From Mantamonas sphyraenae STR306 (Eukaryota > Protista > CRuMs): DNA of 64,000 nucleotides. Below the pieces are notes generated by a model. It was not told the DNA's origin. It saw only the letters and a list, made by a program, of their open reading frames with translations, and searched no databases. The translations under genes were made by a program, and so were the position numbers. Positions 32,840-44,481 of the stretch are shown one piece after another. The stretch's first letter is position 1, and each line of letters starts with the position of its first letter. Where the stretch lies: NCBI GenBank assembly GCA_026936335.1, contig JAPMXV010000042.1, forward strand, positions 310,001 to 374,000, written 5' to 3'.

Positions 32840-35800
32840 TCACGTTGTGTCTGTGCCGCTCAGAATACTTGAGGGCAGCACACAACGAAACAGCTCCACC
32901 ATCTTCTTGTTGCGCACACGGATGGCACACTCGTGCGGCTTTTCGCCTCGCTTGTTGGGGTTGCCCACGTTGTAGTCCGCGTCGCGCAGCAGCAGCAATG
33001 AAAGCATCTTGAGTGCAACGGGGTCCTCCTTCTGGTTGGCCAGCTTGTACAGCGGCGTGTGGCCCAGGCCGTCCACCATGTTCAGGTCTGCCCCGCGCTC
33101 CAGCAGGAACGAAAACATCGACAGGTTGCCCACCTCCACCGCAAGGTGCAACGGCGTCACATCGTAGTCCCGTGTGCATGCGTTGATGCGTGCCCCATAG
33201 TCCAGCAACATCCCTGCAATCTCCACCTGCCGTGCGCTCGTCTGAAAGTCCTGACCCCACTGGCCCCCCTCCTCCTCCTCCTCCGACTCGCTGTCGCTGC
33301 CGTCTTCGTAGTACGCGCTGTCTGTCGAGCCCTGACGCGTGCGTTGCAGGCGTCCTCCTCCCAGCTGACGGCCTAGACGCGCCGTGCCCGACGACGTCCG
33401 CCGCATCTGCACCGATCGTCGTCCGTACCCTCGCCGCAGACCCATCGGCGCCACTGCGTAGTGCAGCGGGAACCACCCCGACTCGTCGATGGCGTTGCAG
33501 TAGTACCGATCCACCTGCTCCACCTCGAGAAGCTGCGACATCTCTCCCACGTCCAGCGTGCGCACCGCGTCCAGGATTCGTCTTTTCATCACCTCCTGGT
33601 GTGCCATCGACTGCTGCAGGTTGATCATGCGCTTGCCTACGTCCTCGTGGTCGTCTTCGCTTTGCTCTTCGTCCTCAGAGTGCCCTTCATCCCCGTCCTC
33701 CTTCGCCACCATCTCATCTTCCACGTCCTCATCCTCATCCTCGTCCTCGTCCTCGTATTCTTCTTCCTCGCCAGCCAGCGGCGATTCAATCTCTTCAATG
33801 TAGTGCGGCTCAAGTCGGATACCCGGGTGGCGGAGCGTCGATACATGCAGCCTGCGCCGCAGATCCTTGCTGCGTGCGTTGTGAAGCTCCCGCTTTCTGC
33901 GCTCTTCCTCCTCCGCTTCCTCCTCACCCTCTTGCATCACCTCCATCACCGCCCTCTCTTCGTACTGCTCCGTCACTTGCATCTCCAACGATTCGTCCTC
34001 CTCGTCGCCGTCGACCAGTTGTTCCGCAGCCATCTCCGCCGCCCACGCGTCTGCACGCAACGCCGCAAGCCGTTCCTCCTCAGACATCTCTGGATGATCC
34101 CGCAGCGATTGGGCATGCACCGCACGCACCTCATCATCCCACATCAATTCGTCGTCGTCTTCATCGTCATCGTCCTCATCGTCCATGCCATTCTGCTCTT
34201 CCTCATCCACGTCACCGTCATCCTCGGTGCCGCCACGCAGCTTCTCCACGCGTGTGCTCTCTTCGCCTGCCACGTGCATGTTCACTGTCGGAAGTTGGTG
34301 CAACATGCCTTGCCCGGCCGCCATCGACCGCTGTTGTTCCTCACGCGTCATACTTGCCAGAGCTCGTGCTTCCTGACGTCTGGCCTTCTCGTGCGCCCGC
34401 TGCTCGTCCTCCTCACGCACACGGATCTTGGTGTTGGTCATGTCAAAGTAGTCCTTGCCTGTGTCGTGCAGCTCGTCCAGCTTGTCCCGGATCTCCCGCT
34501 CCAGGTACTCCCGCAATTCCTCAAACTCGGCCGTGTCCAGCTCGCCCGACGTGTACAGGAATCGATTCTGGACCATGTTGTTTGATTGCAACTGTTGCGA
34601 CCGTTGCGCAAAGCCCAAGGCAAAGCGGTAGTTCAGCACTGCCAGCTTCAGCCGCCCAACCGTGCTGTAGATCAGGCCCAGGTTGCAGTGTGCCACCAGT
34701 TTGCCGGGCGGGTTGGCAAAGTGCTTGTGGTAGTTGTGAAACTCGATGGCCTTGTTGAGCAGGCTGATGCGCTTGCGCTGCAAATCGGCGAGCTCCTTCT
34801 CCAGCTTGGCAACCTCGGCCTCCTGCACTGCCAAATCCTCCACAAACATGGCTCTGCGCCCCGAGCCTCGACGCCGAACTTCGCCTAACCGCTCGTTCAC
34901 AGCCTCCTGCTTGGCTTCTTCTTCAAAGCCCAGGTTTTGGTAGCACACGGCGATGTGGTTGAACGCCAAACACATGGCCGAGATGTCTCGCGTGTCTTCT
35001 GCCGCCCCCAGCAGCTGATCGTAGCATTGAATGGCTTTCTCGTACTGGCCGTCTGCGTCATAAAGAAGCCCCATGTTGAAGTACATCTTGCTCTCGGTCT
35101 TGCGCTTGCCCATGCGACGCGACGACTGCGACAGCATTTCATAGTCGCGTATGCTGTGTCGCTGCTGCATACTCATGCGAAACGACACATCCTCGCGTGC
35201 CACCAGCAGTGGTCTTTCCAGGCTGAATTGCAGCCGCTGCGGCCTGCGCCCACTCAGTGTGGACATGCGGCTGCTACGCGACATGCCTGACAGTGGACGG
35301 CCTCCCCGATGCGATACACTCGTGCTGGGTCGTCGTGCACTCACCATACGCCCACCAATGCTGCTGGGGGCGTACATATGAGCGCTCTTTGCGCTCGTGC
35401 GCGCACTCATCGGCCTGTGTGACCCACCCAACGCCATCTGCGATCGTGATGACGCCGTGCCAGGACGCGCGCGTCGGCCTGACGACGACTGCGGACGCAC
35501 ACCTGTACTTGTGCGGGGCCGAGTCACTCCGTTGGCTGTCAACGGCCGGTGTGCACGCTTCTCCTGCAGAGTTCGCTGCTGCTGCTGCAGGGTCTCTGAT
35601 TCGGAGCTCTGGTGTCGCGGCTGCTGCCTGGACGCACGCCCAGCCACACCCGCCGCCGCTGTCGCTGGTCGCCTTTGCTGCTGTGTGCCTCTTTCCACAC
35701 GAGCCTTTCGTGCTTGCTCCCGTTGCTGTCGTGCGTGCATTTGCTGGTGCTTTGCAAACTGCGCCTCAAAGTCATCGTCGTCGTCATCATCCACTTCCTC

Positions 35801-37339
35801 CTCCACTTCCTCTTCATCGTCGTCACTGTACACTTTGTCATCGTTTCTGTCCCCTCCACCCCGACGAAGCACGCCCGCGCGTGACTCGCTGCGCCCAGCC
35901 GCCGCGGCAAACTGCATGCTATTCCGTGGCGAATGATGCGACGAGGAGGCCGACGCGCTCTGCGCACGCACATCCGAGGGTCGCGAATGGGTGAGACCAA
36001 ACACCACCAACTGTTCTGGTTCAGTGCGTCGGATGCCGTAGCGTTGAGGCGACGCCACATTGGGCGACGAGGGCGACCTCCCGCCACTTCCGCTGCCTCC
36101 ACCTCCGGGTGACACAAGCATCACCGCACTTTTGGGGCGTACCTTGCCGTGGCGCTTGTCTTTGACGTCGTGCTCCTTGCTGCGGCTGCCGCGGTCGTAG
36201 TGAAAGAACCGATTGCTGCGAGCACTGACATTCTTGCCAACCGAAGATGTCATGCTGCGCAGCACTTGGTCGTATGTGCCATCTTGAGCCTGGGTGTCCA
36301 CCTGCAGCTCCTTCACCTGGTCGGGCGTCCGCGGCGATTGGAACGTTTGGTCCAGCACCATGTCCGCTATCACACGCTCCCTGCGTCGTGTTTCCGCCTC
36401 CTCACTTTGGTACACTCGTGTACGCTGCTCATTGTGCATCTTCAGTGACGCTGGCTCAGCTTGAGACCAGTATCGGGCTTCGTCCGAGTCGACTGCCCGT
36501 TGGAAATCCAGCTCCTGGTGTTTCTGGAATTGGGCCTGCTGCTGCTTCAGTGTCAAGTGGCTGCGTTGTGCCGTGCTGTCTTTGTAGTATGCGCCGTGTG
36601 GCCTGCGTGTGCTTGTGGTCTTGCTCGTGGCCTCCGAGCCGTCGTAACCGCGGTACGACGGCTGCCGGCTGGGCGAATACGGGTACTTGCGGTACGACAT
36701 GGGCATGATGCCGTACTGGTCCAACGGTGCCTCGGTTGGGTCGATGTCTGCAGAGAAGCCAACCACGGAGGAGCTGCGCGCGTACCGGTCCTGCCGACCG
36801 TTGTTCGTGCGCGGGTCTGCCTCCTCGTCTTCCACGGGCACGTTGAGTTGCTTCAAGTCTCTCTTGAAGGCACGTTCACTGTATGTCTGACCCACTGTGG
36901 CTTTGTTGAGTAGTACCGAAGCCTGCTGCGGCGTCAGGGCTGCGCTTTGGTCCGAGCGCAGGCGCCGGTTCACCTTGCTCACCGGCGCCTTCCAGCCCTT
37001 CTTCTGCTCGAACTTGCTCGACGCCGTCATGGAGCTTGTGGACGGCGAACTGACAGCCTGTGACTCGGCCATGGCACGCATCCACATGGCACGGCCCGTC
37101 TCATCCTTCTTGACGCCCCGAACGCGCCCGTAGTTTTTACCCTTCTTGTGCTTGTACTTGGGTGTATTCATGTCCATCAGGCTGATGTGCCGGTCGTAGA
37201 TGTCCTCGTTGTCCTCGTTTGCATCTGCAGCCGCCTCCTGCGTCTGCTCCTCGTCCGAGTGCTGCTGTTCCAGCTCCTCGTCGTCTTGCCGCGCCAACAT
37301 CGTTTGCTTGCGCTGGCGCCTCAAACTCCGTGCGCACAT
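32840..37339 (-). CDS. Large TPR + ankyrin-repeat protein (~1500 aa; start uncertain)
   Basis: TPRs (MYFNMGLLYDADGQYEKAIQCYDQLL; AFNHIAVCYQNLG; AHCNLGLIYSTVG), ankyrins (GWFPLHYA; VTPLHLAVEVGN; GHTPLYKLA) and a long disordered N-half. Confidence 0.85.
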   Translation of the reverse strand: MCARSLRRQRKQTMLARQDDEELEQQHSDEEQTQEAAADANEDNEDIYDRHISLMDMNTPKYKHKKGKNYGRVRGVKKDETGRAMWMRAMAESQAVSSPSTSSMTASSKFEQKKGWKAPVSKVNRRLRSDQSAALTPQQASVLLNKATVGQTYSERAFKRDLKQLNVPVEDEEADPRTNNGRQDRYARSSSVVGFSADIDPTEAPLDQYGIMPMSYRKYPYSPSRQPSYRGYDGSEATSKTTSTRRPHGAYYKDSTAQRSHLTLKQQQAQFQKHQELDFQRAVDSDEARYWSQAEPASLKMHNEQRTRVYQSEEAETRRRERVIADMVLDQTFQSPRTPDQVKELQVDTQAQDGTYDQVLRSMTSSVGKNVSARSNRFFHYDRGSRSKEHDVKDKRHGKVRPKSAVMLVSPGGGGSGSGGRSPSSPNVASPQRYGIRRTEPEQLVVFGLTHSRPSDVRAQSASASSSHHSPRNSMQFAAAAGRSESRAGVLRRGGGDRNDDKVYSDDDEEEVEEEVDDDDDDDFEAQFAKHQQMHARQQREQARKARVERGTQQQRRPATAAAGVAGRASRQQPRHQSSESETLQQQQRTLQEKRAHRPLTANGVTRPRTSTGVRPQSSSGRRARPGTASSRSQMALGGSHRPMSARTSAKSAHMYAPSSIGGRMVSARRPSTSVSHRGGRPLSGMSRSSRMSTLSGRRPQRLQFSLERPLLVAREDVSFRMSMQQRHSIRDYEMLSQSSRRMGKRKTESKMYFNMGLLYDADGQYEKAIQCYDQLLGAAEDTRDISAMCLAFNHIAVCYQNLGFEEEAKQEAVNERLGEVRRRGSGRRAMFVEDLAVQEAEVAKLEKELADLQRKRISLLNKAIEFHNYHKHFANPPGKLVAHCNLGLIYSTVGRLKLAVLNYRFALGFAQRSQQLQSNNMVQNRFLYTSGELDTAEFEELREYLEREIRDKLDELHDTGKDYFDMTNTKIRVREEDEQRAHEKARRQEARALASMTREEQQRSMAAGQGMLHQLPTVNMHVAGEESTRVEKLRGGTEDDGDVDEEEQNGMDDEDDDDEDDDELMWDDEVRAVHAQSLRDHPEMSEEERLAALRADAWAAEMAAEQLVDGDEEDESLEMQVTEQYEERAVMEVMQEGEEEAEEEERRKRELHNARSKDLRRRLHVSTLRHPGIRLEPHYIEEIESPLAGEEEEYEDEDEDEDEDVEDEMVAKEDGDEGHSEDEEQSEDDHEDVGKRMINLQQSMAHQEVMKRRILDAVRTLDVGEMSQLLEVEQVDRYYCNAIDESGWFPLHYAVAPMGLRRGYGRRSVQMRRTSSGTARLGRQLGGGRLQRTRQGSTDSAYYEDGSDSESEEEEEGGQWGQDFQTSARQVEIAGMLLDYGARINACTRDYDVTPLHLAVEVGNLSMFSFLLERGADLNMVDGLGHTPLYKLANQKEDPVALKMLSLLLLRDADYNVGNPNKRGEKPHECAIRVRNKKMVELFRCVLPSSILSGTDTT

Positions 37340-37601
37340 GTCCTCCACGTTTCAAAGTCGATTTCAGGACAAGATATCCGTGGTGGGACGGGACGGCGGT
37401 ATTGTAGGACCAGCGTACGTGGCAATGAAGATGGAGCTGCTCACCGAAGGGGCTGGGCTTGGGTGTCGTGGGTTCAGCAAAAGGACAATCTCGGACTGAC
37501 ACGATTCTGCGGAACATTGGGTGGGTCACAGGAGCAGTCGTGGGGTGTCAAGCGCAGGGCACGTGGGATTGGGCGTGCAAGAGGCGTCGCCAAGCGTGGG
37601 C

Positions 37602-38613
37602 ATGCGTGCACAGGGAGCATCCCAAGTGGAAGTGGAGACAAGGACCAACGGCTTGCCGACGCGAGGGGCGATTTCTCAGCGCAAGCTAAAGACGGCTGCA
37701 CAGCTGCGACAAGAACAGGCGCAAATCTTGAGTGCACGCACGGGAGAGGCGTCTGGATTCACTTCTGCATTTGCTGGACAAGGACGGGAGGTGAGTTTCC
37801 CGATCGAGCCGTTTTTGGCGCGAGCAATGGCTGCGGCCAGGGACGACATGCTGACACTGGTGGGACGTCACATGCAGATGGAGACGGGCCAGACTAGCAG
37901 CGGACATGGGAACGAGTATGGAGGACGGCAGGTGTCGCGGCGATGGCAGCAGCAGCAGGAAGAGCAGAAGCGGGAAATGGAAGCTGAAGAGAGGAGGATC
38001 CTTTTCAGGTGTACCAGGAGCAGAGCCGGGCGATGGCAAAGGCAGACAAGGCCTATCGTGCCACACGTGTGACCGTGAACAACAACAGGCAGATGCAGAT
38101 GTTGCTGGAGGACGAGGAGGCAAACAACGAGCGGGGGGCCAGGGGAAAGCGGGAGCAGGGAACGCGTGTGCTCCGGCATCAAGTGCTGAGCCAGGCTGGC
38201 ATGCGCACACAGTCCCAGCCACAGCTGTCGCGACGAGCAGGAGACGGCAGTGGACGAGTGCTGTCCACACAGTCGTCGAGTGGAAGTGGGGAAGGCATGG
38301 TGACGTCGTACTCGGAATCCATGGTTTCTGAGAGCAGCAACACCAGCGGCGGCAGTGCAGGTCGCACGGCCATCGGTGGCGTTGTGGTCTCGTCGCGCGG
38401 CAGCGTACGCACAGCAAGCAGTAATGTGCAGCAGCGACCCTCTTTGTACAGCCACTCTGTGCAGAGTATGCGCAGTCCGGGAGAACGCGTCATTCGACAC
38501 ACCGACAGCGGATATACCATCTCTACGTTTTCACCCACAAGCCAACAGGGGCAAGGAAGTCCCATGAGCAGCCGTGGTGGCCAGGGTAGGCAGCAGCAAC
38601 AGCAGCAACAGCA

Positions 38614-38652
<39 letters not shown>

Positions 38653-40255
38653 CCGAGGGAAGCGCGTCATCACTTCTCGGCGGCAGCAGGACAAGCCGCA
38701 GTCTCAACAGCAGCAGCAACAGCAGCAAGGATACGCGGGATTGCAGACGCAGGGGTCAGGCTCCGAGTCCGATGGTGGCTACTCGCCATCGCCAGGCGAC
38801 CGTGGAGGACGGCTTGGGCGCGGGCAGCAGCAACCGGCGGCTGCTCGTTCCACACGTGTACAGTCACACAGCATGTATGTACAGCTGAGTCCGCAGCAGA
38901 TGCAGCAAATGCAGCAGACGGTTTCTCCGAGGCAGCAGCAACAGTACCAGGGCCAGCAGATGCAACAGGTGCAGCGCGGCGGAGGTGGCGGACAGTTGTC
39001 GCCGCAACGCCGAGGACACGTGCAAGCGCAGCCCGCTTATGTGCGTGTGGCCAAGGCAGGCGGCTACCAGATGAGCGACTACCAGCAGCACAAGTCGACC
39101 ACCCCTCACTTTATTCCGGCTGAAGAGTCGCAGTTTGCGCAGTTTGCACCCAACGGCGACGAGTACGATACACCCAGGGACGAGTCGTCGTACAATGGCA
39201 AAAGGAGCAACCGTTCTGGGTATGATCACATGGAGGATGAGTTGGACGAGGAGGACGAGCTGGAGGCGGAGTTTATGCGACCTCAGCAGCAGTCGCAGCA
39301 GCGCGCATTCCACTCATCCAGTCGCCATGCGGGTCAACGAAAGGAAAACGCAAAGCAGCGACAGCGGCAGCAGCAGCAGGAGGGGCAGAGTGGGCCATCG
39401 GGTTCGCAGAGCGCACGCAAGGCCAGCGACAGCAAACGCAGGGCAAACAGTAGCGAGGTGTACCGGAAGAATCGCAATGTGCGCTCGGCAGCAGGTGGGC
39501 GCAGCCGCGGTGGGGTGGTGTCTGCGCGTGCAGGCGGGCGGCATGAGGCGTCGAAGAAGAATGAGAAGAGGGAAACATCGTTGTTCTACAGCAAGGCCCC
39601 ACGCAACGTGGAGTACAAGCCGTACACTCTGGACGACTACAAGCAAGTGGAACCCAAGGAATATATGGAACTGGGCTCACTGGGCCCCAACGTGAACGAC
39701 GAGGTGATGGAGAAGCAGGCGCGCGCGCAGCGAGCAAGGGAGTATGCGAGGCAGGTGCAGAGTCGCAACAACGAGGAGATGCGCAGCAACCCGGACCGTT
39801 GGTCCAACAAACAGAAGCGCAACGAGGAAAAGATGCGTGCGGCGGCGCGCAAGAGCAAACGAGATCGCGCCCTCGAGTACGCTGCGAAAGTGCCCAAGCC
39901 AGCCAGCAGGAAGGAGGGCAAACGCAACACACAAGGAAGCGGAGGCGATAACGACGCTGGTGCGGAGGGAAACAACAGGCAAACCAAGCAGCAGACACCG
40001 CGCAAATCCTCGTTGGAAATGTTGGACATCGACTACCGTGGCGATGACGACTACATGGACGCGTTTATGGCTGACGTGGCCAGCCCGCGTGTCAACAATG
40101 GTATGCAACGCTGGGGCCACGGCCATGGGTATGGTGCAGGCGCTGTGGACGACGACCAGGACGACGAAGAAGACGAGTTGCTCGCGGAGATCGAGCGCAA
40201 GCACAGAGAAGATCAGGCACGTGCCGAAGCAATCCGTGCGCAGTTTCGAAAATGA
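37602..40255 (+). CDS. JHY: JHY-like ciliary protein with Gln-rich N-region (5' exon structure uncertain)
   Basis: C-terminal YKPYTLDDYKQ...ELGSLGP...AREYARQV...RDRALEYAAKVPKP...IERKHREDQARAEAIR resembles the recalled JHY C-terminal domain. Confidence 0.72.
38591..38650 (+). repeat. CAG/CAA trinucleotide repeat encoding Q20
   Basis: Directly visible; in frame in the JHY-like ORF. Confidence 0.9.
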
Positions 40256-40326
40256 AGAGCAACAAGGTCACTGTGAATCGAGAGAGAGAGAGAGGGTGTT
40301 TTCAATTGTGTGTGTGTGTGTGTTTC

Positions 40327-42293
40327 TCATCCGCTCGAGCCGTACTCGAGCATTTGCCTGTCCTTGGACACAGAGAGGAGGTAGGAGGCGGCAGGGCCCC
40401 ATGCCAGGTCGTGAACCTGGGCCGTGTGGTCGTTCCACTCGGCAATGACATTCCACTTCTTGACGTCGAGGACGGTGACGCCCGGACCGGCCACGGCAAG
40501 GAACTTGCCGCTCTTGTCAAAGCGTGTGGCCTGTGTGCTCACACTCTTGGTGCTCTCAAAGGCTTGGGTCTTGGAAAGCGGTTTGGCCGGGCTGCGCAGG
40601 TCATAGAGGTTGAGGAGGCCATCGGCGCCGACGCTGGCCATCTGGTAGCCCTTTTCGCTAAAGGCGACGCTGTGCACAGGCTGGCCGGCGTGTGCGTTAT
40701 CGATGGCAAAGGCAAGCTTCTGGGCCAAAAAGTCCCAGACCTTGATCTTGCCCTGGGCATCGCCTGTGGCGTAGAGGAGGCCGTCTGGGTGGAACTCGAT
40801 GGCGTGCAGGGCAGCCTCGACCAACTCGGCGTCGTCCACGTGCGTGAGCACACCCGAGGTGCCGAGGTCGTGGAGGGCATACGATGCGTCTGTGCTGGCA
40901 GTGAAGAGATAATCACCCGAAGGATGGATGGCCAGGGCGCTGACGGGTTTGCTGTGCACAGCGGCAGAAAACACTTCCGAGTACGCATTTGTCTCGTCTG
41001 CCATCCAGCCGCGTGCTGTCTTGTCTTCTGAGGCCGAGAAAATCATGTTCTTCGTGGGATGGAAGCGCACTTGGGTGACCTTCTTCTTGTGTCCCGAAAG
41101 GGTGTCGATCTTGGCGGCCTCTTGACGGTCGTACACAACCACAGTCTTGTCGTTGCCGCCACTGCACACCAGGTTGCCGTTCATCGGGTGAACATCGACG
41201 CTGTTGACTCCTGCTGGGCTGCTCTTGTGAAGCTTGTTCGTCGCGCGGACGCCGTACGTGGCCAGGGCCTTGGCTGAGGCGAGATCCTTTGCCACATAGC
41301 CCTTGTTGGTGCGGTACTCGGTCAATCTGTGGGTGTGCAAAACCAACGTGTGTGTGGCCACACAGGTGTGCCGAAGCGTTGCGTGTGAGTGTTGGCTCTG
41401 CGTGCATCAAGGCCCAAGGGTGCAAAAAGCCGCGCGAGGGTGGTGTGCCTTGGAAATGCGCGCGTCGTTTGACGGCCTCTCTGCTGCTTTTCAACGTACT
41501 TGGTGCTGGTCTGCTTGACGTTGGCTACCACGGCTGCATCAAAGGGAGAGTCTGTGTCCATCTCGGACTCCACGTCCATGCCGTCGGTTCCGTCGGTGCC
41601 CTTGCCGCTGCTGCTGCTACTGCTACTGCTGCTGCTTGCGGCGCCGCCGTACACCGCCTGCGCATTGGCCAGTGCTTCGCGTGCGTCGTCGCGCTCCTTG
41701 ATGAGGCGTGCGACAACACGACGCGACGCATCGTTCTTGTACATCTCTTTGGCCAATTGCTTGCGCACAGTGTCCAGCTGCTGCTTCAGCGTGTACGTTT
41801 CCAGCATGAGCGCGTCCCACTCGTTCTGGAACAGCGAGATCAGACCCGGCACACTCGACGCAGTCACAGGACGCGGCGTCACCACCGTGTTGGCTGTGCA
41901 CAGGGCGGACGGCCGTGCAGAGGGGAGTGTGCGTGTCACGTACACATCCATGGTGGAATTTGGTGTCAGTCGGTCGTCACAGCAGAAGCGCGCAACTTCC
42001 GCGTGGGTCACCTACCAACAATCGGCAGCAGGTCGTCTGTGCTCATGTCCTGCTGCGTCTGCGGGCATTTGCCCGTGTTGCGCAGCTCCTTCTCGATCAG
42101 AGAGCGTTCGTACACGTGGCCAGTGAGCTTGGAGACCACGGGGTCGCGCGGCACGCTTCCTGACACTGTCACGTTTCCGGGCAAGAGTGTGAGCTACGCG
42201 GGCCATTGTGTGCATCCATGCATGCCCCCTCCCTCCCTCCGCCCCGCCCTCACAGCCACGCTACCAACCCAATCACTTACGTGCGCAGTACAT
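40327..42293 (-). CDS. PRPF19: Pre-mRNA processing factor 19 (U-box, coiled coil, WD40; 4 exons)
   Basis: Spliced MYCALSGSVPRDPVVSKLTGHVYERSLIEK (U-box), SVPGLISLFQNEWDALMLETYTLKQQL...RVVARLIKERD, then WD40 repeats. Confidence 0.96.
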
Positions 42294-42355
42294 CTCTCCT
42301 TGGTTGGGTGGCAGACACGCGCAGCGCACGCGCACGCAGCTCATCTCCCACACCG

Positions 42356-44447
42356 ATGTCAAAGCCGTGCACCCTGTTTGTCAACTACGAGGCCGGCGAG
42401 CCGCCTTCTGTGCAGACGCTGAAGCAGATGCTGGAGAAGGGAAGCGTGCAGGAGAAGATTGACGCGCTCAAGACCGTGCTCAACCTCACCCTGAACGGCG
42501 AGCCAATGCCTCAGCTCCTGATGCCCATCATCCAGTATGTCACGTCGGAGAAGGACCACACCATCAAGAAGCTCCTCCTCCTCTACTGGGAGAGTGTCGA
42601 CAAGGTCGACGACAAGGGCAAGCTGCGCCCGGAAATGATCCTCGTCTGGTGAGTTTTTCCCTCTGCCTTTCGCTTCATCTCCCCCAGCGCCTTCTCCCTT
42701 CCCCTGTTCCCGTATCCATTCCGGCTTAGGTGCAACCTGCCTTGTGCTTTCGATTAAGCACCGGTTGCCCAAGTGTGTATCCCGTGGCCTGTGCCCGCGT
42801 CCTGTGTTCACGACGCCATGTCGCCAAAACCCCGAAAGTCAGGTCGGGCCCGCGCTGACTTTGCATCGACTCCGCCCCGCCTGCGCACAGCAACACCCTG
42901 TTGAACGACATCAACCACCCCAATGAATATATCCGTGGCTCGACGCTGCGCTTCTTGAGCAAGATGCGCGAGGAGGAGCTGCTGGAGCCCCTGTTGCCCT
43001 CCATCCTCAAGAACCTGGAGCATCGTCACACCTACCCGCGTCGCAACGCCGTCCTCACCCTGTTTTCCGTGTACAAGAACTTCCCGGAGCTGGTGCCCGA
43101 CGTGCCCGACCTCATCTACTCCTACCTGCAAAAGGTGTGTCCCTCCACAACCCCTGCCTTGTACTCCTACCGGGTGTTGGGCCTGCTGTGCATTTCCCCC
43201 TCTCTCTCAGCTTTTCCCCCCCCTTTGCGCTCCTGCCCACACTCTGCATACTCCTTCCATCCCACTTGTTCCTCTTCTACCCCCGATGTGTCCCCTCCCA
43301 TCCACACCCAGCACGGCAGCCATGCTCACCCTATCCTGCCCCACGCCTCGTACGCACCCGACACAGGAAACCGACCAAACTGCAAAGCGCAACGCCTTCC
43401 TGATGCTCTTCCATTGCAAGCAGGAACGCGCAGTCGAGTACCTCAACACCTCTCTCGTCGAACTGGCTAGCTTTGGCGAACCCATGCAGCTCGTGGCCGT
43501 CGACGTCATCAAGCGAGTGTGCCGTGCACAGCCCAGCGAACGCGTACGTTTGTTTTCCTTCCATCCTCGGTTCTGTGTGTGTGTGTGTGTGTGTGTGTGC
43601 GTCTACTCACCCTCCACTCACCCTCCACCCACCCTCTTACCCACAGTACAAGTACCTCAAGGCCATCTTCACCCTGCTGCAGTCGCGTTCAGCAGCCGTC
43701 CAGTTTGAGAGCGCAGGCGTCCTCGTCAACCTCTCCTCGGCGCCCACTGCGATCAAGGCAGCCGCCTCGACCTACATCAACCTGCTCATCGACGAGAGTT
43801 CTAACAACGTCAAGATGATTGTCCTCGACCGCCTCACAGAGATCAAGGATGCGCACAAAAAGGTCCTGCAAGAACTGCTCATGGACATTTTGCGTGCGCT
43901 CAACTCGCCCAACATGGACATCCGTCGTAAGACACTGGCCATTGCGCTTGACCTCATTTCGCCTCGCAATGTCGAGGAGGTTGTCCTCATCCTCAAGAAG
44001 GAGATTACACGCACTCAGGGCAAGGAGTTTGAGAAGCCCACCGAGTACAGGCATCTGCTCATCAAGACGGTGCACACCTGTGCCGTGCGATTCCCCGACG
44101 TCGCAGGCAACGTCGTCCATCTGCTCATGGACTTCCTCGGCGAGAGCAGCAGCTCCTCCGCAGCCGACGTCATCTCCTTTGTGCGCGAGGTCATCGAAAC
44201 CTACCCCAACATGCGCGCCTCCATCTTGGAAAAGCTCATGGAGAACTTTTCCATGATCCAAAGCTCTCGTGTATTGCGTGCGGCCATGTGGCTCCTGGGT
44301 GAGTACGCCCACTCCGCCTCGGAGATTGCAAACGCCTTCCAGTGCATCAAGACCGGCCTGGGGAGCGACCCGCTCATCCCTGTCGATGCTGAGCTCGACG
44401 AAAGCGCAGGTGGCGATGAGCAAGCCCAGAGCAGTTCCTCGTCATCA

Positions 44448-44481
<34 letters not shown>

